From positions 1,775 through 49,544 of the forward strand of contig CAYWRF010000001.1 in NCBI GenBank assembly GCA_964460495.1: 47,770 nt of DNA, given 5' to 3'. This DNA is from an uncultured Pseudomonadota bacterium (GTDB taxonomy: Bacteria; UBA10199; JACPAL01). Made by a program: the position numbers and the translations under genes. Positions within the stretch are counted from its first letter, which is position 1; each line of letters opens with the position of its first letter. Below the pieces are notes generated by a model that was not told where the DNA came from, searched no databases, and worked only from the letters and a program-made list of their open reading frames with translations. This document shows positions 9,082-18,084 of the stretch, piece after piece.

Positions 9082-10783
9082 AAAACTGACTGGCGCCCAG
9101 ATATTCCTGAAGACACTGGAGGATCTGGGTGTTGAGTATCTCTTTGGCTACCCGGGCGGGGTTGTCCTCTATATTTACGACGAGATCTACAAGCAGAAAA
9201 AGATAAAACATATCCTGGTCCGGCACGAGCAGGGGGGGACCCATATGGCGGACGGGTATGCCCGGGTCACCGGGAAACCGGGTGTGGTACTGGTCACATC
9301 GGGGCCCGGGGCGACCAATACCGTGACCGGTTTGGCGACGGCGATGATGGATTCGGTGCCGATCGTCTGTTTTACCGGGCAGGTGCCGGTCCACCTGATC
9401 GGGAACGATGCCTTTCAGGAGAGTGACATCGTCGGGATCACACGCCCCTGCACGAAGCACAATTATCTTGTGAAGGATGTCGCCGACCTGGAGAGGATCA
9501 TCCGTCAGGCGTTCTACATCGCGACAACCGGACGCCCCGGCCCGGTCCTTGTCGACATTCCGAAGGATGTGAGCCTCGCCCTGGGGGAGTATCGGGGCGA
9601 GAAGGAGGTCGCTCTGCGCGGTTATCATCCGGTCAAGGTCCCGCCGCAAGGACCTATGGAGGAGGCGGTTCGTCTGATCTTCGAGTCGCGCCGGCCGGTC
9701 CTCTACATGGGAGGGGGGATCGTCGCCTCGGGCGCTTCAACGGTCGTCCGCGAGTTTGCGGAGAAATTGAACCTCCCGGTCGGGATCACGCTGATGGGGC
9801 TTGGAGGGTTTCCGGGGGCGCACCGGCAGTCGCTTGGGATGATCGGGATGCACGGCGGCTACTGGGCCAACATGGCGATGAACAACGCCGACCTCCTGAT
9901 TGCGCTCGGCCCCCGTTTTGATGACCGCGTGACCGGGGATCTGAAAAAGTTTTCGGTGAAGTCCAAAAAGATCCACCTCGATATCGATGCCGCATCTATT
10001 GGAAAGATTGTCCCTGTTGATATTGGACTTGTCGGGGATGCAAAAGAGGTTCTGAAAAAAATGCTTGCGATTGTCGATCGGGACCCTGAGCGGGCGGAAA
10101 GATATCGCAAAGAGGTGGAGCCCTGGCACGACCAGATCCGGCATTGGCGGGAGAAACACCCGCTCTATTACCCGCAGGTGATGGAGGAGGCGCTGCGCCC
10201 GCAGTACGTGATCCAGAAGATCTATGATGTGACCGGGGGGGATGCGATCGTGACGACCGATGTCGGCCAGCACCAGATGTGGGCGGCGCAGATCTTTCAG
10301 TTTAATCGTCCGAGACGCTGGTGCACATCGGGCGGGCTCGGCACGATGGGGTACGGATTCCCGGCGGCGATCGGGGCCCAGCTCGCGCATCCGAAGGAAA
10401 AGGTCTTCTGCATCTCCGGGGACGGCTCGATCCAGATGAACATCCAGGAGATGGCGACCGCCGTGCAATACAAACTTCCGGTCAAGGTGGCGATCATCAA
10501 CAATTTCTGTCTCGGGATGGTCAGGCAGTGGCAGCAGTTTTTTTATGGACAGCGCTATTCCGAGTCGGAGATGGTGGCGATGCCTGATTTTGTGAAATTG
10601 GCGGAAGGGTATGGCGGTGTCGGATTTGTCGTGAAGCGCCCCTCCGAGGTCGAGCCGATCCTGAAGGAATCGCTGAAGATCAAGGACCGGCCCGTCCTGA
10701 TCGATTTTCATGTCGCCAAAGAGGAGAACGTGATGCCGATGGTGCCGGCAGGCAAAGGATTAGACGAAATGCTGTTGGCATAG
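9074..10783 (+). CDS. ilvB: acetolactate synthase, large (catalytic) subunit
   Basis: TPP-enzyme motifs 'LFGYPGG', 'HEQGGTHMADGYARVTGKPGV' and 'GLGTMGYGFPAAIGAQ...ISGDGSIQMNIQE'. Confidence 0.93.
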   Translation: MPEKLTGAQIFLKTLEDLGVEYLFGYPGGVVLYIYDEIYKQKKIKHILVRHEQGGTHMADGYARVTGKPGVVLVTSGPGATNTVTGLATAMMDSVPIVCFTGQVPVHLIGNDAFQESDIVGITRPCTKHNYLVKDVADLERIIRQAFYIATTGRPGPVLVDIPKDVSLALGEYRGEKEVALRGYHPVKVPPQGPMEEAVRLIFESRRPVLYMGGGIVASGASTVVREFAEKLNLPVGITLMGLGGFPGAHRQSLGMIGMHGGYWANMAMNNADLLIALGPRFDDRVTGDLKKFSVKSKKIHLDIDAASIGKIVPVDIGLVGDAKEVLKKMLAIVDRDPERAERYRKEVEPWHDQIRHWREKHPLYYPQVMEEALRPQYVIQKIYDVTGGDAIVTTDVGQHQMWAAQIFQFNRPRRWCTSGGLGTMGYGFPAAIGAQLAHPKEKVFCISGDGSIQMNIQEMATAVQYKLPVKVAIINNFCLGMVRQWQQFFYGQRYSESEMVAMPDFVKLAEGYGGVGFVVKRPSEVEPILKESLKIKDRPVLIDFHVAKEENVMPMVPAGKGLDEMLLA

Positions 10784-10802
10784 GGGTTGGGGGTGAGGGT
10801 TC

Positions 10803-11051
10803 GTGGAAAAAAGACATACCATTTCCGTATTAGTTGAAAACGAATTCGGCGTCCTCGCGCGTGTTGCGAGCCTCTTTGCCCAGAAGGGGTACAACATCGA
10901 GAGCCTTTCGGTCGCCCCGACACCGAAAGACCCGACGCTCTCGGAGATGACGATAGTGACCTTGGGGACCGATCAGATACTTTCTCAGATCCTGAAGCAG
11001 TTGGAGAGACTGATTAACGTCCTGAAGGTGGAGGATGTTACAAAGCGATGA
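10803..11051 (+). CDS. ilvN: acetolactate synthase small subunit, ACT domain only
   Basis: GTG start. 'HTISVLVENEFGVLARVASLFAQKGYNIESLSVAPT' is the IlvH/IlvN ACT domain. The ORF stops after 82 aa, and the second (ALS_ss_C) domain is absent. Confidence 0.8.
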   Translation: MEKRHTISVLVENEFGVLARVASLFAQKGYNIESLSVAPTPKDPTLSEMTIVTLGTDQILSQILKQLERLINVLKVEDVTKR

Positions 11052-11671
11052 TCGTTACTGAAGGGTATCCGTTTGTCATCGTCTCAGCAATCGTTGCGAT
11101 CATCGCCTCCCTTTTTTTGGGTGGATGGGGGGGGCTGGCCTTTCTGCTCCCGGCATACAGCGCCTGGTTTTTCAGGAATCCTCACCGGGTCGTGCCGGCG
11201 GGGGATCATCGGGTCGTCGCCCCTGCCGATGGGAGGATCATACAGATTGCGGAGGTTCAGGAGACCCGCTATCTGAACCGGTCCATGCTGAAGGTCAGCA
11301 TCTTCATGTCGCCGCTCGATGTTCACGTCAACAGAAACCCGGTCTCGGGGGAGGTTCGGGGGGTCTTTTACAACAAGGGAAGGTTCTTTGGGGCCTTTCG
11401 GGAGAAGGCGTCCCTCGATAACGAGCAGAACGCGGTCCTGTTGGGGCTGGCGAGCGGTGAGGAGGTGCTGGTCGTGCAGATTGCCGGGTTTCTGGCGCGG
11501 CGGATCGTCTGTTATCTGAAAAAGGGTGAGCGGGTCGTTCGGGGGGAGCGCTACGGGTTGATCCGGTTTGGCTCGCGTCTGGACCTCTATCTCCCGACAC
11601 GGACAGAGATCTCCGTCAAGGTGGGGGAGAGAGCCCGGGGGGGTGAAACGATTTTGGGAGAATTGAGATGA
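11048..11671 (+). CDS. psd: phosphatidylserine decarboxylase proenzyme (short form)
   Basis: N-terminal TM segment, 'LDVHVNRNPVSG', and 'FGSRLD' as the G-S self-cleavage site. Confidence 0.88.
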   Translation: MIVTEGYPFVIVSAIVAIIASLFLGGWGGLAFLLPAYSAWFFRNPHRVVPAGDHRVVAPADGRIIQIAEVQETRYLNRSMLKVSIFMSPLDVHVNRNPVSGEVRGVFYNKGRFFGAFREKASLDNEQNAVLLGLASGEEVLVVQIAGFLARRIVCYLKKGERVVRGERYGLIRFGSRLDLYLPTRTEISVKVGERARGGETILGELR

Positions 11672-12408
11672 AGCGAGTCCCTCTCTCTCGCGGTGTCTTC
11701 CTGATCCCGAGCCTCTGCACAACCGCCTCGCTTTTCTGCGGGTTCTACTCGATCATCCGGTCGATTGCCGGCGATTATTATCATGCAGCGGTCGCGATCT
11801 TCCTCGCCGCAATCTTTGATATGCTGGACGGCCGGATCGCCCGGATGACCCATAGTGAGAGCGACTTCGGTGTCGAGTACGATTCCCTAGTCGACCTCGT
11901 CTCGTTCGGGCTCGCCCCGGGGATCCTCCTCTATCTCTGGAGTTTGAAGGGGTTCGGGCGGATCGGGTGGCTGGCGGTTTTCCTCTACTTTGCCTGCGGG
12001 GCCTTGAGGCTGGCGCGGTACAACGTCCAGATCGAGACGGTCGAGAAAAAGAAGTTTCAGGGACTCCCGATCCCCTCCGCCGCGCTGATCCTTGCGAGCC
12101 TCTTCATCTTTTACCAGAGCGGTCTGGGTCCTGAGGTCTTGAAAAAACCGCTTTCCCTCGCACTTCCGTTTCTCCTCGGTCCGCTCATGGTCAGCCGGAT
12201 CCGGTATCGGAGCTTCAAGGGGATGGATCTCCGGAGCCGGGATGCCTTCTACCATCTCGTTGTTGCCGTCGTAGTCCTGTTTCTGATCGCCCTGAATCCG
12301 GAGGTGATGCTCTTTGTCTCCTTTTTTGCCTACATCCTCTCCGGTCCTCTGGAGGAGTTGATTCTCTGGCTTGGGGAGAGGAGAAGGAGGAGGGGGGTGA
12401 CGGTGTGA
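11668..12408 (+). CDS. pssA: CDP-diacylglycerol--serine O-phosphatidyltransferase
   Basis: CDP-alcohol phosphatidyltransferase motif 'DMLDGRIARM...GVEYDSLVDLVSFG'. Multi-TM protein. Confidence 0.88.
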   Translation: MKRVPLSRGVFLIPSLCTTASLFCGFYSIIRSIAGDYYHAAVAIFLAAIFDMLDGRIARMTHSESDFGVEYDSLVDLVSFGLAPGILLYLWSLKGFGRIGWLAVFLYFACGALRLARYNVQIETVEKKKFQGLPIPSAALILASLFIFYQSGLGPEVLKKPLSLALPFLLGPLMVSRIRYRSFKGMDLRSRDAFYHLVVAVVVLFLIALNPEVMLFVSFFAYILSGPLEELILWLGERRRRRGVTV

Positions 12409-13943
12409 CGGAGCGTCTCGTCATCTTTGACACGACACTCCGCGATGGGGAGCAATCGCCCGGTTACAGCATGGATGTTCCCGAGAAACTCACGATGGCC
12501 CAGCAGTTGGCGCGGCTCGGGGTTGACGTAATCGAGGCCGGTTTTCCGATCGCTTCTCTGGGGGACTTTGAGGGGGTCCGCCGCATTGCGGAGGAGGTCC
12601 GGGGGCCTTCTGTCTGTGGTCTCGCGAGGGCCAACCCGGCCGATATTGAAAGATGCTGGGAGGCGGTGAAGGCCTCCGCCCGGCCGCGGATCCATGTCTT
12701 CATTGCGACCTCGGATATCCATATGCAGTACAAGCTCAGGAAGACGCGCGAGGAAGTCCTGAGGGATGCGGTCGAGTCGGTCCGGCTGGCGAAGAGGTTC
12801 TCCCAGGATGTTGAGTTCTCGGCGGAGGATGCGACACGAAGTGAGATCGGTTTCTTGATTGAGGTCGTCTCGGCGGTGATTGAGGCGGGTGCCGTAACGG
12901 TGAACATACCGGACACCGTTGGTTATACGATCCCCTCCGAGTTCTCCCGGCTGGTCCGGACCCTGAAGGAGAGGGTCCCGCATGTCGATCAGGCGGTCTT
13001 AAGTGTTCATTGTCACAATGACCTCGGTCTAGCGGTCGCGAACTCGCTCGCGGCAGTCGAGGCGGGGGCGAGGCAGGTCGAGTGCACGATCAACGGGATC
13101 GGTGAAAGGGCGGGAAACGCCTCGCTCGAGGAGATCGTGATGGCCCTGAAGGTCCGTCGGGAGAAGTTGGGGATCGAGACCGGGATCGTGACGGAGCAGT
13201 TGTACCCGGCGAGCCGGGCGCTCACGCATATCACCGGGATCGGTGTCCAGCCGAACAAGGCGATTGTAGGGGCGAACGCGTTTGCCCACGAATCCGGCAT
13301 CCATGTCGCGGCGCTGCTCAAGTCGGAGCTGACTTACTCGATCATGACGCCGGATCAGGTCGGCGTGACCGCGCATCAGTATATTATGGGAAAACATTCA
13401 GGCCGCCACGCCTTTCGGGAGAAACTGAAGGTGTTGGGGCATGAACCTCCCCCAGAACAGTTTGAAATCGCCTTTCAGAGGATGAAGGAGCTGGCCGACC
13501 GGAAGAAACGGGTCTTTGATGAGGATATCGAGACCATCCTGACCGGGATTCATTCTGCCGGGCCCGGTCTCTATGTCCTGGAGGATGTCAGGTTTCAGAG
13601 CGGGACGAACATCACCCCGCGCGCCACGGTGAAGCTGAAGGTCAAGGGTCGATCGAAGAGTGCGACCGCGACGGGCGACGGGCCTGTCGATGCCGCCTTT
13701 GCGGCGGTCAGGAGGCTCACCCATTTCAAGGGGACTCTTGCCAAATTTGCAATCCAGGCGGTGACCGGCGGGACCGATGCCCAGGGGGAGGTGACGATCG
13801 CGCTGGAGGAGAAGGGGCGGACGGTCCGCGGCGTCGGTTCCCACACCGATATCGTCGTTGCGTCGGTCAAGGCATTCCTCTCGGCGCTGAACCGGCTGGA
13901 AACCGCCGGAAAAACCCCCGCCTCCCCCGAAAAAGGAGTCTAG
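12405..13943 (+). CDS. leuA: 2-isopropylmalate synthase
   Basis: GTG start overlapping the pssA stop. Contains 'IFDTTLRDGEQSPG', 'HCHNDLGLAVANSLAAVEAGA' and the C-terminal LeuA regulatory domain. Confidence 0.95.
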   Translation: MTERLVIFDTTLRDGEQSPGYSMDVPEKLTMAQQLARLGVDVIEAGFPIASLGDFEGVRRIAEEVRGPSVCGLARANPADIERCWEAVKASARPRIHVFIATSDIHMQYKLRKTREEVLRDAVESVRLAKRFSQDVEFSAEDATRSEIGFLIEVVSAVIEAGAVTVNIPDTVGYTIPSEFSRLVRTLKERVPHVDQAVLSVHCHNDLGLAVANSLAAVEAGARQVECTINGIGERAGNASLEEIVMALKVRREKLGIETGIVTEQLYPASRALTHITGIGVQPNKAIVGANAFAHESGIHVAALLKSELTYSIMTPDQVGVTAHQYIMGKHSGRHAFREKLKVLGHEPPPEQFEIAFQRMKELADRKKRVFDEDIETILTGIHSAGPGLYVLEDVRFQSGTNITPRATVKLKVKGRSKSATATGDGPVDAAFAAVRRLTHFKGTLAKFAIQAVTGGTDAQGEVTIALEEKGRTVRGVGSHTDIVVASVKAFLSALNRLETAGKTPASPEKGV

Positions 13944-13958
13944 CAACATTTTTCTCTA

Positions 13959-14864
13959 TTGACCGATGAGCAGGTGATGGGATCAGAGACGCTTCTTTGC
14001 CGGTATGACCCCTCTTCAGACAGGCGTGCCGCCCTCCTTCGTGAGGAGCTAATCAGGCGTTTCAGATATAAGCCCGAAGGGCTCCCGAACCCCCAAAGGG
14101 TCTACGAGGAGACGGTCCGGCGGGCCGAGGATGAATTCAAGAGGGGGCCCGATTCGGATTGGGTCCGCTTCATCAGGGGGCACGGGGTCATTGTCCCATG
14201 GATATTTGATGATGGGAACCGGCGGACAAAGGCCGATCGGTTGCTTCGGGAAAGGGTGGTCCGGGAGATCCCTCCAGCGGGGGATAGTCCTGAGGGAACG
14301 GTTCGTTCTCTCGTCGGGGCGCTTGCAGTATTAAATATCAGGTATGTCGAAAGGGGGATACCCGAGGAGGAACCGGGTCAGTTTTATAAAAATGGGAGGG
14401 CCCTATGCACCGGATTCCAGTATCTGTATGCGGGGGCACTCCTCCTTGCCGGGTATCAGCCGGAGTTCTACGAGGAGCTCCTGCCGGGCCTCAAACGTCA
14501 TTCTTTTGTGGGGGTTCGGTTCGGTACTGGGGAGGGAGAGGTTTTTGTTATTGACCCTGCCTTTCCCGATCCGATTCAGGGGAGGGGACGGTTGGACGGC
14601 GGTCATGTCCGACCAACAACCCGATTGGAGGTGATGGCGGCATTCCTGACAAATCAGGTCGAGTTCAATAATAATGATGGGAGGGAAAGGGGGCTCCTCC
14701 GGTCGGCCCTCAGATATGCCCCGCAAGATCCGTCGGTCTATTTTAATGTTGGACAGTGGTTTCGACGGCAACCCCCGTCACTCCCGGGACGTGATCGGGA
14801 GGCACGCGCCTGCTTCAAACGTATCAGGGAACTTGATCCTGAATTCGAATTGCCTTCTGACTGA
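13959..14864 (+). CDS. hypothetical protein; possible transglutaminase-like Cys-His-Asp fold with a TPR-like C-terminus
   Basis: 301 aa. The start is uncertain: TTG 13959, GTG 13974 or ATG 13977. 'GRALCTGFQYLYAGALLLAG...KRHSFVGVRF...VFVIDPAF' has the C...H...D spacing of transglutaminase-like cores. The tail 'ALRYAPQDPSVYFNVGQWF...REARACFKRIRELDPEF' looks TPR-like. The domain call is by eye only. Confidence 0.45.
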   Translation: MTDEQVMGSETLLCRYDPSSDRRAALLREELIRRFRYKPEGLPNPQRVYEETVRRAEDEFKRGPDSDWVRFIRGHGVIVPWIFDDGNRRTKADRLLRERVVREIPPAGDSPEGTVRSLVGALAVLNIRYVERGIPEEEPGQFYKNGRALCTGFQYLYAGALLLAGYQPEFYEELLPGLKRHSFVGVRFGTGEGEVFVIDPAFPDPIQGRGRLDGGHVRPTTRLEVMAAFLTNQVEFNNNDGRERGLLRSALRYAPQDPSVYFNVGQWFRRQPPSLPGRDREARACFKRIRELDPEFELPSD

Positions 14865-14867
14865 CTC

Positions 14868-15494
14868 CTACCAGCCGTTTCTGACCGAGAGATTGCCGCT
14901 GCTCAATGTTGCAGGCGTTACAGGCCTCCTTCCTGCCTCTCTGACTGTAGTGGCATCGCCAGGGCTCAGCCGGTAGGTCGTTGTCGCGTCATCTGTTGCT
15001 AATTTCACAGACCCACCGAACCCCCTTCGGGACCACTCGACCGGCCTCATTCTGCAGTCTGGACCGATCGCGTATCCGCGATAGGTCGTTCCTGTGGTGT
15101 TGTCTGTAATAGTCACCGGACTGGCGCCAGGGATCTCTCCAGGGGTGCGTCCGGCCCTCGTAATTCCATTAAGACTTGCGGCGGCTGCAGCGACCGCCTG
15201 CTGTCCTCTCCTCTCTTCCCTCGCCTCAAGTCGGGCGGTGTATTGCGGGTGATCGGTTTTCCTCATATAGAGGATCTGCCCAGTTCCCTCCTCAGGGACC
15301 CGAACCCAGTCGTCACTCCTCCTCAACAGTTTGTCGCCGAATGATCCATCCTGAACTACCCGGACCGGGATCTTCACCTTTTTCCCTGCCCCGTCCAGAC
15401 CGGAGACAAACCCTTCTCTATAATCACCACCTGTGAGAATTGGTGGCCGGACACCGACGCCTTGAAAAACGGGATTAGGTCCTCCTGAGCTCAT
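14868..15494 (-). CDS. hypothetical protein (orphan; no motif recognised)
   Basis: 208-aa ORF, convergent with the previous gene (3 nt between stops). No signal peptide and no TM segment. An AGGAGG-type RBS ('aggaggacc') lies just upstream of ATG 15494. It sits downstream of a 200-nt AT-rich spacer. Confidence 0.5.
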   Translation of the reverse strand: MSSGGPNPVFQGVGVRPPILTGGDYREGFVSGLDGAGKKVKIPVRVVQDGSFGDKLLRRSDDWVRVPEEGTGQILYMRKTDHPQYTARLEAREERRGQQAVAAAAASLNGITRAGRTPGEIPGASPVTITDNTTGTTYRGYAIGPDCRMRPVEWSRRGFGGSVKLATDDATTTYRLSPGDATTVREAGRRPVTPATLSSGNLSVRNGW

Positions 15495-15698
15495 ACGGTT
15501 ACCCTCCTTCTTTAATAAGCCCTTCTGTAGATATTGTATCTGAATTCCATTATCTGTAAAACTAAATTATTGAGTTGCTTCAATATCTTAGTTTTATTTC
15601 CTTAAAGTCATTTATGAATGGAAATTAGTATTACTTAACGATTTCATATGGTTAAACAATACAATTGCCTTTTCATCACTTTGGGCTAGCTTCAGCCG

Positions 15699-15989
15699 AT
15701 GTCCTCCTGCTTCTCTTGCCATCTGGATATCGAGAGTTCGGGGAGGGTCGGGCGATCCGATTCCTGCCCAAGATGTCAAACCGACCTCCACTGCTGCCGG
15801 AACTGCGAGTTTTACGACCCATCGGCCTATAACGAATGCCGTGAGCCTCAGGCGGAAAGGGTCTTGGAGAAGGAGAGATCGAACTTCTGTGATTATTTTA
15901 AGTTTGCAAGTGAGAATCGCTCTTCAGGTAAAAGAGCGGAGCAGGTCGATGCTAGAAAGAAACTGGAGGAGTTATTTCTAAAGAAGTGA
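15699..15989 (+). CDS. small Cys-rich (zinc-ribbon-like) protein
   Basis: 96 aa with CxxC pairs ('CFSCH', 'CPRCQ', 'CRNCEF', plus 'ECRE', 'FCDYF'). Its stop overlaps the leuB GTG start (GTGA), which suggests translational coupling. Confidence 0.6.
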   Translation: MSSCFSCHLDIESSGRVGRSDSCPRCQTDLHCCRNCEFYDPSAYNECREPQAERVLEKERSNFCDYFKFASENRSSGKRAEQVDARKKLEELFLKK

Positions 15990-17062
15990 ATATTCTCGTT
16001 TTGTCCGGTGACGGGATCGGTCCTGAGGTGACTGCCGAGGCGGTTCGTATCCTGAAGAGGGTTGGAACGCGACACGCGATCCCCTTCCAGTTTGAGGAGG
16101 GGGTGGTCGGCGGCAAGGCGATTGACAGGAAGGGGCATCCTTTACCGGCCCCTGTCCTTAAAAAGGCGATGAGGGCTGATGCGATCCTCCTCGGTGCTGT
16201 CGGCGGCCCCAAGTGGGATACATTGCCGCATGCGATGCGCCCCGAGCAGGCCTTGCTCGGTCTTCGCTCCGGATTGAAACTGTTTGCGAACCTTCGTCCC
16301 GCCCGCATCTTCGATCCGCTGGTCGATGCCTCGACGCTTAAACGAGAGGTCGTTCAGGGGATCGATCTCCTGGTGGTACGCGAGTTAACGGGCGGGATCT
16401 ATTTTGGCAAACCAAGAGGGATAAGGGGTAAGGGAAAGGTGGGAGTCAATACGGAGATTTATACGGAAGAGGAGATTACAAGGATCGGGCGGGTTGCGTT
16501 TGAGGCGGCTCGTAAAAGAAGAAGGAAGGTCACATCGGTCGACAAGGCGAACATCCTTGAGAGCTCGATACTCTGGCGCCAGACAATCACTGCGGTCGCG
16601 AAAGAGTATCCCGATGTCTCCCTGGAACATATGTATGTCGACAACTGCGCGATGCAGCTCGTGAGGAACCCGAGGCAATTCGACGTGATCGTCACCTCGA
16701 ACCTCTTCGGAGATATCCTCTCTGACGAGGCGGCGATGTTGACAGGATCGATCGGTATGCTTCCGTCGGCCTCCCTGGGGGAGGGTAAAAACAGGCTGGA
16801 CCTGCCGCGCGGGATGTACGAACCGGTCCACGGGAGCGCCCCCGACATCGCCGGAAAGGGGCTTGCCAATCCCCTCGCAACCATCTTATCTTCGGCGCTG
16901 CTCCTCCGGTATTCCCTCGGTCTTGAGGAACCGACGATGGCGATTGAAGAGGCGGTCAACAAGGTTCTTGAAAAAGGGTACCGGACGGCAGACATAGGAG
17001 GAGAAGGGACCCGCCGGGTGACGACTCAAGAGATGGGTGAGGCGGTTCAAGGAGAGTTATGA
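15986..17062 (+). CDS. leuB: 3-isopropylmalate dehydrogenase
   Basis: '[14 protein letters not shown]' and '[26 protein letters not shown]' are present. Confidence 0.95.
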   Translation: MNILVLSGDGIGPEVTAEAVRILKRVGTRHAIPFQFEEGVVGGKAIDRKGHPLPAPVLKKAMRADAILLGAVGGPKWDTLPHAMRPEQALLGLRSGLKLFANLRPARIFDPLVDASTLKREVVQGIDLLVVRELTGGIYFGKPRGIRGKGKVGVNTEIYTEEEITRIGRVAFEAARKRRRKVTSVDKANILESSILWRQTITAVAKEYPDVSLEHMYVDNCAMQLVRNPRQFDVIVTSNLFGDILSDEAAMLTGSIGMLPSASLGEGKNRLDLPRGMYEPVHGSAPDIAGKGLANPLATILSSALLLRYSLGLEEPTMAIEEAVNKVLEKGYRTADIGGEGTRRVTTQEMGEAVQGEL

Positions 17063-18084
17063 GTGAGAGGAAAAAATATAATGTGGCGGTCGTTGGAGCA
17101 ACCGGGGCGGTCGGCCGGGAGATGGTTTTGATCCTTGCGGAGAGGAAATTTCCCGTGGCTCGTATCCGTCTCTTTGCCTCGGAGAAGAGTGTCGGCGAAA
17201 AGCTGGAGTTTCGAGGAGAGAAGGTCAAGGTTGAGTTGCTGAATGAGAAATCGTTCGAGGGAACCGAGATCGCCCTCTTTTCCGCCGGCGGAGAGGTCAG
17301 CAAGAGATTCTCGCCGATCGCAGCGAAGGCGGGGACCGTTGTGATCGACAATTCGAGCACCTTCCGGATGGAGCCGGATGTCCCGTTGGTCGTCCCTGAG
17401 GTGAATCCGCATGCGGTCGAAGAGTTTGCCCGACGCCGGATCATTGCGAATCCGAACTGCTCGACGATCCAGCTCGTTGTCGCCCTGAAGCCGATCCATG
17501 ACGCCGCCCGGATCAAGCGGGTTGTCGTTTCGACCTACCAATCGACCGCCGGCGCCGGTCAGAAGGCGATGGATGAGCTTTCAAATCAGGTGGTTGCCCT
17601 CTTCAACCAGAAGGAGGTGGAGAAGAAGGTCTTCCCCCATCAGATCGCCTTCAACTGCCTGCCGCATATCGATCTCTTTCTCCCGAACGGGTATACGAAG
17701 GAGGAGATGAAGGTGGTCAATGAGACGAAGAAGATCCTGGGGGATCCTTCGATCCGTGTGACCGTCACGGCGGTTCGGGTGCCGGTCTTCTGCGGCCATT
17801 CGGAGTCGGTCAATATTGAGACGGAAAAAAAGATGACGGCGGACGAGGTGCGCCGGTTGCTGAAAAAGGCGCCGGGTGTCGTTGTTCGGGATGACCCTCA
17901 GAAGAACGAGTACCCGCTTGCCCTCGAGGCGGCGGGGAGGGATGAGGTCTTTGTCGGCAGGATTCGTGAGGACGAGACGATTCCCTGCGGGATCAACCTC
18001 TGGGTTGTGGCGGATAACTTGAGAAAAGGGGCTGCGCTGAATGCCGTTCAAATTGCAGAGATCCTTGCGGACAGGTATCTTTAG
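17059..18084 (+). CDS. asd: aspartate-semialdehyde dehydrogenase
   Basis: '[16 protein letters not shown]' (NAD-binding) and '[12 protein letters not shown]' (active-site Cys) are present. The start overlaps the leuB stop in an ATGA. Confidence 0.95.
   Translation: MSERKKYNVAVVGATGAVGREMVLILAERKFPVARIRLFASEKSVGEKLEFRGEKVKVELLNEKSFEGTEIALFSAGGEVSKRFSPIAAKAGTVVIDNSSTFRMEPDVPLVVPEVNPHAVEEFARRRIIANPNCSTIQLVVALKPIHDAARIKRVVVSTYQSTAGAGQKAMDELSNQVVALFNQKEVEKKVFPHQIAFNCLPHIDLFLPNGYTKEEMKVVNETKKILGDPSIRVTVTAVRVPVFCGHSESVNIETEKKMTADEVRRLLKKAPGVVVRDDPQKNEYPLALEAAGRDEVFVGRIREDETIPCGINLWVVADNLRKGAALNAVQIAEILADRYL

Noticed and set aside
9737-10711. A 324-aa minus-strand ORF opposite ilvB.
   Set aside because: It is a shadow frame of the TPP-enzyme gene.
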